A stretch of 64,000 bases of DNA from Selaginella moellendorffii (taxonomy: Eukaryota > Plantae > Lycopodiophyta), in assembly GCF_000143415.4 (NCBI RefSeq), contig NW_003314310.1:409904-473903 (forward strand), written 5' to 3'. Each line of letters starts with the position of its first letter. The stretch's first letter is position 1. Shown here piece after piece: positions 26,538 to 37,177 of this stretch. The translations under genes and the position numbers were made by a program. A model generated the notes under the pieces. It made no database searches and was not told the origin of the DNA. It saw nothing but the letters and a program-made list of their open reading frames with translations.

Positions 26538-27880
26538 CTGTTTCTATTTTTCTCTCAAATCAATATTATAGCGTGTGGGCTCATGCAATTTTGAACCAAA
26601 GAAACCCAAAAAACGTTGGACCCAAAATATTTTGAAAAAACCCAAAAAACCCTAAACATTTTAAACCCAAAAATCCAGGCGTCCTGTGGCGTTATTCCTT
26701 GAATGGCGTGTGAGCGCATGCCATTTTCAGGGCCAAATGCTGAATGGAGAAAAATTCCCTTTCAGTGCAAATGCTGCAAGAGGTAGATGCCGAGCACAAA
26801 GGACTGTAACTACCTCACATGACACAGATAAACTTTTCTCTATTTGGCAAAAATAAACTTTATAGCATGTGGGCTCATGCAATTTTGAACCCAAAAAGTG
26901 CACCAAAAAATTCTCGGCGTCATCTGGCGTTATCTCTTGAATGGCATGGGGCCGCATGCCATTTTCAGGGGCACATAGGAGTATATTCCTAGGATATTCT
27001 GACACGTGCGAGATTTTTTTGAGTTTTCTGGAGATCCAACCGTTAGATCGCAACTAGATTTTACAGAATGGTATACAATGCCCTTCTTGATGACCCTGCA
27101 GAGAAGCATCTCGATCGGACACCACATGAGACCACACAAGCCTTACAATGTTTCAGGGGCATTTGCCATAGATCCGACTGTTATTTTGCTCCAATATTCT
27201 ATAATTTGGTTTGCATTGACCTTTCCATCGACACTGCAAAGGGACATCACAATCAAATGCGGGATCACAAGAAACCAACTTCACTAACTTTGGTTTCACC
27301 AAGATCTATGTAAGGAGTTATGAAATGAAAGGACCCTCTCTATTGAAATGTGTTTATGGTCCTAGGGGCATTGTGACATATCAAAGGATTTTGTATTAAG
27401 TTCTATATTTGCATGTTTATCAAGCTACTGAATTGCTAAACCCTAAACCCTAAACCCTAAATATGTGGCAAATGCTGCATGAAGAAAGATGCCCTTTCTG
27501 GGCAAATGCTGTAAGAGGCAGATGCCGAGCAGATGTATCTCAGGCTAGCGAAGGGGACAAACGAAAGCTAGCTATAAACATGACGGGATGCAAAGAGATT
27601 ACTAGGCTGGTCCTGCGAAAATCAAAAACCATAATTGAAAACATTGAAAATGCAAAAAGAAAGGTTTATAATATTTTTGAATTTTAAGCAACCAAAGGAA
27701 TGTAAGTAGGGCATGTGTTTGTAAGTTTAAAAATGCCTCAACCACTTAAATTCCCAAGTAAATAAAGCTGTTTCTATTTTTGGTACAGGTAAACTTTATA
27801 GCGTGTGGGCTCATGCAATTTTGAACCCAAAAATGCACCAAAAAATGCTCGACTAGCATTATTCTTTGAATGGCTTGTGG
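26538..27880. repeat. Three diverged internal direct repeats, plus (CCCTAAA)x3.5 at 27436-27461
   Basis: TTATAGC(G/A)TGTGGGCTCATGCAATTTTGAACC(C)AAA recurs at about 26566, 26860 and 27796. Confidence 0.75.
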
Positions 27881-28582
27881 CCTTATATTGCCATAAATGG
27901 ACGTACACACACAGCATAATTATTCCTTTACACGGCAAATAATCTTGGCGCGGATCGCTAACATGGCATGGGAAAGTTCAAATCACTGACATGGCACAGC
28001 TGGATCGAGGCAAGGACATGATGTGACAAAGTTCAACCTCCGACAGCAAAGTCTAGAAGCTACTCAGTTTGAAATTTGTCAGAGGAATCATAAGATCTGG
28101 TTTGTTAGAGGATTTGATATGACGTTCAAGCGTGTGTTATTTTTGAATTCTCGAACTCATTCCTAGGTCTATCATTTTTGTGCGCCGTGTTCTTGGTTCC
28201 GCTGAGTGCAGTGAGTGCTGCTTGTGTAACCGGCGTTGTGAGCTGTGGTTTATGCGTCTATGAGCGGTTGCGGCATTGCGAGCGCCATTGCGAGCGGCAT
28301 TTAATGCGAGTGGCAGTTTGTGCGAGCGGCGCTACGAGCAGTTGCGGTGTTACGAGCAGCGCTACGAGTAGTTGCGGTGTTGCGAGCGGCACTGTCTTTG
28401 GTGTGGCTACCACTTCCTCTTGATATTCGGCACTTGTGCTTCCTGGTATGTTCACCATTGAATGGCTTAGGACCACATTTAGAAATGGCATAAGGCCACA
28501 TGCCATCTTGGGCCCTTGCAATTTCATGGCTAGCATATTGTCATGTATGTTTTTACTTGCCTGCAGCTGTGTGTATATCAAG

Positions 28583-28774
28583 ATGGCATGAAGCCTCATG
28601 CCATCTTTGGCCCTTGCTAGCCTATTGCCATATTCCTTTTGGCTTGCTGCAACTGTATATATTTTTGTATGGGTGACTAGTCACGCATACAAAAATATAT
28701 ACAGTTGCAGCAAGGCAAAAGGAATATAGCAACAGGCTAGTAGAGGCCAAAGATAGTGTGAGGCCTCATGCCAT
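28583..28774. repeat. 192-bp near-perfect loopless palindrome
   Basis: Centred on GTGACT|AGTCAC (28678/28679). Each arm ends in a 22-bp motif copy. Confidence 0.9.
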
Positions 28775-28962
28775 TAGTGGTACCACTAATGGCATGAGGG
28801 CTCATGCCAATTTTGTGAATGCGAAATTTCATGTAGGTGTCAATAGCATGTTTGAATAATGGCATGTGGCCTCATGCTATTAAGGTTGTTTGGTATGTTA
28901 TGATTTAGGCCATTCTCCAATCATTTTTTGTATGGTCTTAACTTCTTTTCTGCACTTTCAGA

Positions 28963-31900
28963 ATGGCCTTCAGGGTTGGGGAAAAGGTTTACATTTTGAA
29001 TGGTGGGAAGAGAGTTGCAAAAGGGACTTTTGTGTCTATGGATCGGAACTTTGTTATACACTGTCAAAGGCTTGGGGAAGGCAATGCTGCTGTATCAGTA
29101 GAGACTGTCTTCCATGAGAATGTGGTCGCTATTGAATGAGGAGAGATGGTCGTCGGGGTAAATGTTGTTGTTGCCTTGAAAAATCTTCAGAAGAAAGCAA
29201 ATGTTGGGGACAGCGCAAGTGCGACGCATGTTCCCTCCGTGGATCTTAAGAACCGTGCTACATGGATTCAGGCAAAGGTGTTTCTAAACAACCCCGAGGG
29301 GGAGGTGGTAGCTGAGGGCTTAGCCACAGTTGTCGATCCAAGAGATGCGGTTGCTAATCAAGAATTGGGCTGGGATGATATTGGAGTTGCGATTTTAGAG
29401 GTTGTTGACATAGAAGAAAACAGTCTGACTATTGGAAGCATTGTGCGGTGGAAATTGAGGCACTTAGTGTTTGAGAATGTGAAGGATTCACAATCAAACA
29501 CCACTACAACTGATGACAGAACATCTCTTCATGGGAAAAGAAAGTACACCTTCCCAAAGCGCAGCCAAAGGGATCTGAGCAACGAACCGAAAAGGCAGAA
29601 AATGGCGATGGAGGTTTGAATGGTCTCGACAGTTGCTTGTTGCAAGAGGAGGTGCTGTCAACATGCTGATTGGGATGCTATTGAAGAGGAGAGAGCAAGA
29701 TACAAGACATTGTCCTGGAAGGCAGCTCGCAATTTTGTGTATGAGGCATTACGGTCATCTGTTGATGCTTCAGAACATCAGGTGGGGGGCATGGTCTTCC
29801 AAAGGGGTTTGGTCTACATGAAGGCATGGAGAATCATTTATGGAGTCCCTCGAACCACATTCTACAGAATCAAAACTGAGTTCGAGGAACAAAGGGTTCA
29901 ACAGGCAGTCCATGGGAACGACGGTACGCACAAAACCAGGGGTCATGTTGTATATGGAGAGGCAATCTTCAAAAGGTTTGTCGAGACATGTAGTGAGCAG
30001 CAACCACATAAAACCCGCCTCTTGGAAGATGGAACACGAGACACCCAAGGAGTTCTCCCTTCCATGTATACCAAGGGGGCCATATTGGAAGATGTGAATC
30101 GGGAACTCCAGAGTAATGGCTACAGGAAGCTGAGCCAATCTAGATTTAGTAGATTGTGGAGCAACAGGTTCAGGGATGTGAGTATAGGAAAGTACTCCAG
30201 CTTTTCAAAGTGTGACGAGTGCACTGCTATCAAAATGGCTTTGTCGAAGAATTCTTGTAGCGCTCAAGAGCGAGAGACGTTGGTTAGAAGGCGGCTCGAC
30301 CACAACATCGAGCAGAGAAGCTGCAGGACTGCATATTATCATAACAGGATTCTCTCCATGGAGAGACCTGACTCTTACCTCTGCATCATCCACGACAAAA
30401 TGAACTAGAAAAAGACATGCTTACCTCGACTCAATCCTGCCCCCAAGGCAATCTCTTCATCCATGCAGCTGCCTGTGTCTCTGTTTGGCATAATCGCTCA
30501 TGGGCATGGTGCCCAGAACTATGGGAACTTCTTTGTACCTCTATGGGGTGGCGGGGGTGCAAACATGATGATTGCGTCCCTAGCAAAACACTTAAGGTCT
30601 CTGCAAAGTGTGCAGACTGAGCTGAATGGCCAACCCTTGCATAAGGCCCTTGTTGATCGAACCCCATACAGGGTTCAGCTAGAGGAGGAGCAAAGGCTTG
30701 CAGTATCGCGTGGGGCCCCATGCCATCCCAGTGAATATGTTGGCCGTCAGATTGTAGGGTTATCACGTGAGGCCTCATGCCATTCCGACGAGGCTAGTCG
30801 CCTGGTGAATGCACAGCCTCATCCAAACGAAACAGAATCTCAAGGAAGTTCTTGCGGCCGATGTGGCCTTCCACCCCATCTTCTGCTCCAAACAGACAAT
30901 GCTGGCAGTGAGAACAAAAACATGTACGTCTTCGCGTACTTGGCGATGCTTGTTGCCAAAGGCATATTTGAAACGGTTACACTTGGCTTTCTCATGGTTG
31001 GGCACACTCATGAAGACATCGATGCCATGTTCAGTCACCTGGCAGAGTCCCTCCGGCGATCCAATGTCCTCACCCTCCCACAACTCTACGATGAATTCCA
31101 AAATTGCATCAAAGACACTGTTGAAGCTGCACTTCTGACAGAGGTTCCAGACTTTAAGGGGTTTGTAAGAGGCTACATCAGGGATGGATCTGAAACGTTG
31201 ATTGGCCACTCCAAGCCTCTTCAGTTTCATTTCAGCATGCGTGATGGTGCTCCAGTGATGAGGTACAAGATGAGAGAATGGGACACAGTGTGGCTGCCAC
31301 TGGACGGCATTGAACTCTTCAAGAGAGATCCCATAACTGGGGAACTTATGATTCCTCAGGGTTCCCCACGGCCGATGCACCTAGATGGACTCAAAGACCA
31401 GGAAAGTATAGTGGCCGGGATTAGACAGCATATTGCCTTCTGGAAGAGGGGGTTGGTGTTTGGTGGAGAATCCTATTTTCAGAGGTGCAAGCCTTTGCTC
31501 AAATACTGGGAGAAGATTATATCTGCTATCCAAAATGGGCCGGTTGTATATGAAGAATTGGAAGAGTCCTTTTGGCCAGAACCCAGAGCACTAGATAGTA
31601 GCGGAACAATGTCCTCTGGAAATGCAGTGACAGATAATGATGTTAAGGATCACTATTGTGGGCCGAGGAACAAGAAGCCGGATTCAACATTCAATCCAGT
31701 ACAGGTCTGCAAAGGAATGGTCGTGCTTGTTAGACCCAGTAATAAAAAACAAATGATATGGGTGGGGCGCTGCATCACTGATGCAGAGGAGGACGCGGAA
31801 ACTAACTCCTTCAATGTAACTGTGGAGTGGTTCAAGCCAAGTTCCGGATATACGAAGGATTGCCTAGAAAAGAGATGGGTGCTGAATCCAAGGGATCCTA

Positions 31901-32031
31901 GCATGAGCATATTGGTGGATAATGTTGTGCATGGTTGGATGCGGAAGCAGAGTGCCACCATCACCTTGCCAGACCATGCAAGAGATGCAGCAAGAGCATT
32001 CATAACCCAGGTTCAAGGTGAGATTCATTAA
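28963..32031 (+). pseudogene. Sola1-like (GHTHEDID-type) DDD transposase; a single frame with three premature stops
   Basis: The ORFs at 29146, 29620 and 30463 are all in frame with the ATG at 28963. Motifs CCKRRCC, FSKCDEC, IIHDKMN*KKTCLP, LQTDNAGSENKN and FLMVGHTHEDIDAMFS. The stops (TGA, TGA, TAG) fit CGA/CAG C>T changes. Confidence 0.8.
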
Positions 32032-32641
32032 TATTCCTTTACTAGTTTCTAATGTATTTTATTTCAAGGTGAACAATCCGAATCTGAATCAGAGGAGGCG
32101 TGATGGCATGTGGCCTTACGCCATTCCTAGGTGAGATGATACAAATAACAAGTATAAATTCTTAGTTGTTCTAGCAAATCTTACTTAAAGTTCAAGGTGA
32201 ACAAGCCGAATATGAATTCATCGGATTGTTATAATAAATTGCGAGGTGATGGCATGAGACGATACGCCATTTGAGAGTGGTAGCCATTCCTATACGAGAT
32301 GAGTGAAATATTTATTAGAAATACCTCATTCAATTGTGCACTTCTAAGTCTTGGTCCACTCAGTACTGTTTGCATGTTTCTATTTTAATTCTTTCTCTAA
32401 AATGTTATTTAGCATGTGGCTTCATGCCATTGCTCTCCATAATCATGCATTGAATTTTTCTATCCTTGTATAATACTTCTCCATATATATAGCATGTGCG
32501 CACATGTGATATGGTTCATTAGGCCTGATATAGTGTGTGAGGTAAAACAAAGATGATGTGACATATGCATTTACCAATCACACGTGCATAAATCTAATAA
32601 TATGGCGTGTGGCCCATATTAATGGCACATAAACCCATATT

Positions 32642-33001
32642 GTGGGCTTACGTGCTTTATGTACCATCATTCCCTTGCAGCGTGTGTGTTGGTTTCCTTT
32701 TATAACACAACGAACTCCATATTTTAGGGTGAAGAACGTTCTCATGGCAAGCACAAAATCTGTAAGTGAGGCAGAAAAGGAGACGGAGAAGGAGATAGGT
32801 GAAGATGTAGAATATATAAGTCTTCCAAACTCCCCGTACTATACTCCAGGTGATCATTTTTCTGAACAAACGGCAACATTAACAACTATCGAGAATGCCC
32901 CAGTAACATCAGAGACAACAATCCAAAGCAAAACAACTGACCCGGAGAAGGATGATAGTAGCGCTGAGAGTACCAAAAAGGAGGTGTCCACTAGCGCTTA
33001 G
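32642..33001 (+). CDS. Small hypothetical Ser/Thr-rich ORF, homologous to 57781-58095
   Basis: Shared LP(N/Q)SPYYTPG...TSETT(I/V)QSK...EST.K. The true start may be the internal Met (MASTKS). Confidence 0.4.
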   Translation: MGLRALCTIIPLQRVCWFPFITQRTPYFRVKNVLMASTKSVSEAEKETEKEIGEDVEYISLPNSPYYTPGDHFSEQTATLTTIENAPVTSETTIQSKTTDPEKDDSSAESTKKEVSTSA

Positions 33002-34429
33002 GCTTATAATGGCGTGTGCCCTCATGCCATTTACTTGATCACCAAATACCTTTTTCCCTTTGCACTAGTATATCTTAATACCGGTCTGAGAAATAGAATG
33101 GCATGTGCCCTTAGGCCTTTTACTAAATCACCTTTGAAAGAAATGCAAGCCTCTATGTCGTAAAAAAAAGGTACTAGAGAAATTCCTTAATAATATGAAT
33201 GTTATTTAGTTTCATGAAAATACACTAAGGGTCAAATGAGTTAAATGACTTCTCCAGACTAGCAATGCCTCTTGCTACACCTTCACAATTAGATTCGTTA
33301 GAAAAAGATAACATTGAATAATATCTAAATGTTCTTACCATTAAGTTATATGTCTGGCTAATAGGAATGACGTTCATCTTGGAAAGCTCACCACACGCTC
33401 AATGAACAAACAAATAGTGTGTGCGCGCATGCCATCGCTCTTCTTTAGCTTCAGATTCGGCTTGTTCACCTTGACAATGAGATTTATTATACAACCAGAT
33501 GGACTCAGTCTGGACACAAAGTCACCGCGCTAGTCACCATGCCCCAGATATGTCTAGCCCCTGGACAAAAAATATATAATTTCACGTCATTTTCAAATAC
33601 TTGAAAATTTGTACCTAGTCCCATTTTACTGAATAAATCCCACTTTAACGAAATAGAGCTTTATAGCAAATTTAACATGTTCAAGTGTGATAGTATTAAT
33701 ATTACTGTCATCTATTATGATGTCTGATGCATGTATACACATAGATTCAAGGAAAGATTTTCAGCACGTGAAGTTTGATAGTTAATAATGATACGAGTAA
33801 TGACATTTTGCTATAACGTGTCAAACCAAGAGATCCAATCTAACTATCAGCACGTGTGATATGTCAAGTTGTCAACTTTTAAGTGGTAGATGATAATAAA
33901 TCTTGTAAAATCTTATTCTTCAATGATAGATTTGATTCGTAGTACAACTCAAGTTTTATCCATAATTGTGAACACTGCTCAATGACATTTAAAGCACGTG
34001 CCTATTGATTAGGATCTAATACAACATAAAATAAATTTCTGGATGAGGATTCATCTATTCATAGATGGATATAGTACAACATATTTTAACATGCCTTATT
34101 TATACTCTTTAAAGTTCTTGTAACGATTCCAAAATATGTACAAAATATTGATGAGAATGCATCCTTTCTAGATAATTTGTAAAATATAATATCATATCTC
34201 TAATAACAGAAATGTTGATAGGTGCTAGTTATACCATCATTAAAATATACAAAATAAAGAAGCATAATTTACATATAATAATAATGATAAGATAAAATAA
34301 TATCAAAGATATTCTGATGGTTGAGATTTAGGTTATTTGGAATGAACAGCCAGGATTAGAGATTGGTTAGGGTTAGGGCAGCCATCAGGATTAGGGTTGC
34401 CAAGATTAGGTTACTGTTCGCACCGTGAG

Positions 34430-34690
34430 TGGAGCGCGCGAGAGATCGAGAGATTGAGTGCGAAGGAGATCGAGGGATTGAGTGCGAAGGAGATCAAACG
34501 ATTGAGCGCGCAAGAGATCGAGAGATTGAGCACATGAGCGGGAGAGATTGAGCGTGCGAGCGGGAGAGATTGAGCGCGCGAGCGGGAGAGATTGAGCGCG
34601 CGAGCGGGAGAGTTTGAGCGTGCGAGCTGGAGAGATTTAGCGCATGAGCAGGAGAGATTGAGTGCGCGAGCGGGAGAGATTGAACGCACA
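34430..34690 (+). repeat. CpG-rich tandem repeat (about 22 bp unit, GAGCGCGCGAGCGGGAGAGATT) in the leader of the second ParB-MTase gene
   Basis: Visible tandem units following TAGGGTT telo-box motifs. Confidence 0.8.
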
Positions 34691-34727
34691 AAAAATCTAG
34701 TACTATCAAGAAATCGGGGGAGGAAAG

Positions 34728-37177
34728 ATGCCACTAAAGGTGAGTTTCAATTTGATTGCTTCCACTTCCATTTTTTGATTCCATTACTTCCATTCCATTG
34801 CTTCCCTTTTTTTTTCTTGATTTCTTCTTTGCTGGCCGAGGTCGAGCTTGGGCCGGCCACCTCGGGCACTTTAGGGGCCGGAGGGGCCGAGGTTATTTGA
34901 ATAACCTCGGCCCCCTAGGCAACCAAAGTGCCCGAGGTGGAGTCTAGGCCCACTTGAATTTTTTTTTTCTCTTTGACTGTTTGAATTTCTCATTATCTTT
35001 ATTTAGTTTGACTAAAAAAAATTTTTCTCTTGCAGAAAACGAAAATTGTAACACATAAAAAGGTTGTTTGAGCCAAGAAGACACGCGAAGTTCAATTTGG
35101 CACTGACGATGACATCACGATCGACATATCTATTGGCACAACAGAGACACATTTAGTTAGAGATTCACCGCCTCCACCACCATCACCTCCACCATCACCA
35201 CCTCCACCACCGCCATCGCCACCTCCACCACCTCCATCACCACCTCCACCACTGCCATCGCCACCGCCACCACCACCATTGCCACCACCACTGCCACTAT
35301 TGCCTTTGCCCCTGCCGCCACCGCCACCACCACCATTGCCACCACCACTGCCACTATTGCCTCTGCCCCCGCCACCACTGCCACCACCACCAACGCAAAT
35401 CCCTGAAGTTGGGCAATCTAGTGGTGTTCACAATAGGGAACCTGAGGAACAGCCTGGAGCTGAAAGAGTTGCAGACTTTCCTGACAACGTGGTGGACAAG
35501 CGCTTCCAAAAGACTGTTATGCAGACAAGGGAAAAAGTAGTTCACCAAACACTTGAGGCGCTCAAGTGGCCAGGCCCTTGTGACTTGATCAGAGAAATCC
35601 CCCTTTGCCGTTTGCAGCAGACGAACCTTGTCCGCACAGCATCCAAGTATGTCAACCCGGATATATACAGCTTGTTCAAACAGAATGGCCTTGCAACAAA
35701 TACTGGTATGTTTGTAGTCTCTTTTTGCAAGCTAGGAACAATGGAGATCATTACTATCACACCCGAGATTGTGAATAGCTGGGATCTTATTGGGAGGAGG
35801 AAGTCCCTAGAATTTGATGACATGCTTATCAGACATCTTGAGACTCAACAGCTTGCGGGGACAATGTTCCAAATTATTGACAGTAACCACTGATATGGAG
35901 CTTGGATGAAGTGTATCAACGATCATTTTTGCAATGATCCCGTCTACCATATCAACGTTCCAGTCGGCCATGTCTACACGAGGGGACCTATGGATATCAA
36001 TAGACTTATCTTGGCCTACCAAAAGATCAATACGTAAATTTTATAATTTTACCTCTAACTCCTGTTTTGTTGTGTTTAAATGTAGGCTTAGGCAGTTCGC
36101 TGTTCAAAAACAAAACCTTGTCCATGACATCGAGCAATTTCAATTTTTGGCAAACTTGAGTGAAGATGACATCCGCCAACATTACGGTGATGATCTCGCA
36201 ACACTTGTTCAGCACTCATGCACTTGAAATGACGGTACAACTTAATTTAACAACCCAATCAGTTTTATGCTCGCTGTGTGGTGTAAGGTATGTCTTTCCC
36301 TTTTATTTTATAAAAGCCTTTTTTAATTGTTTTGGTTTTTAGCCTTTGGTGAAGGTCAAACAAGATGCTTACAAACTTGCATATCCGGAGAAGAGTCAGG
36401 AAGAGCTCTCAACTGAGTTTGTACAAATTAAGCACAAAATTCAACATGCAAAGTCCTCAAAGTTGAAGAAACTAGTATGCATTGCAGACAATCACAGGCC
36501 GAAAGAGTGGATAGAGACTATAGCCCAAATTTCTTCTCATAAATGTAAGTTTCTTATCACACTTCATTTTTCTTAATTATGCATATGTTACTTTTGCAGT
36601 GAACAAAAATCCAGATGACATGATTTACAATATCGCAAAATCAAAGCTTCCATATAAGCAACAAATAGAGACTCAATGTCTGCTTGATAAACAAAGAGAA
36701 AGGACTACTAGAACTATATGAGAACATGATGAGAAGGGCTGTCTACATCATGCAAACTATAAGTGAAGGTAAGAAGTTCTTGGCACCACACATTGGTGAC
36801 GATCCAGATGGCACATTCATGTCTTTCGACACTTACATCAACACGTCATTAGAAGAGATCGAAGAGGGGTGGCTGCCAGAGAAGTCTACAAGCACAACAA
36901 CTTATGATTGCCAACATGGTCAACCTTATTTCATGCGACGTGCAGCTTATAGGTATAATATGATTTCTAAGATTGTTTTTTAATATATATTTTTTATAGG
37001 TATCTTCGATATAGAGGCATGCCATTTGAGGCACCAGTTTGCACTCGACTTATTGCAAAGGGTGTAAGGGATGGAGGAATGTACCCAACAATGTTTGCGA
37101 GAGTTTTGAAGGCACGGAAAATAGAATGCTCTTGGGAGTTGGAGCTCCTAGGGAAGGAGACCTCTACACTAGATCGC
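34728..37177 (+). pseudogene. Second ParB-like/MTase gene, 5' part (poly-Pro region and ParB-like domain), interrupted by the LTR nest
   Basis: MPLK|intron|KTKIVTHKKVV*AKK is in frame with the Pro-rich ORF at 35279. MFQIIDSNH*YGAW corresponds to the DGNHR-type ParB motif with CGA>TGA. Several short GT-AG introns follow. Confidence 0.6.

Larger units (their letters stand above)
19986..33662. mobile_element. 13.7-kb TIR DNA transposon (Sola1-like DDD transposase) with cargo gene
   Basis: Perfect 25-bp inverted repeats AAAGCTCTATTTCGTTAAAGTGGGA (19986-20010 and 33638-33662). Transposase inside. The element-specific 22-bp palindrome is confined between the TIRs. No TSD is recognisable. Confidence 0.8.

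Noticed and set aside
27436-27461. Interstitial telomere or chromosome-fusion scar
   Set aside because: Only about 3.5 CCCTAAA units, consistent with telo-box-like motifs seen elsewhere in the window.
23605-30408. Programmed stop-codon readthrough or RNA editing in the transposon genes
   Set aside because: All the stops fit ordinary C>T or G>A decay of methylated DNA, which is the simpler explanation.
20373-33435. The 22-bp palindromes, or the 46-bp repeat at 57312, as a CRISPR array
   Set aside because: Spacing is irregular (tens of bp to more than 1 kb) or there are no spacers, no cas genes are present, and the context is eukaryotic.
35157-35393. Extensin-like gene or Val/Ala-rich membrane ORF
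   Set aside because: The CCA repeat is the Pro-rich linker of the ParB-like pseudogene. It has no signal peptide, and the minus-strand ORF is its shadow.
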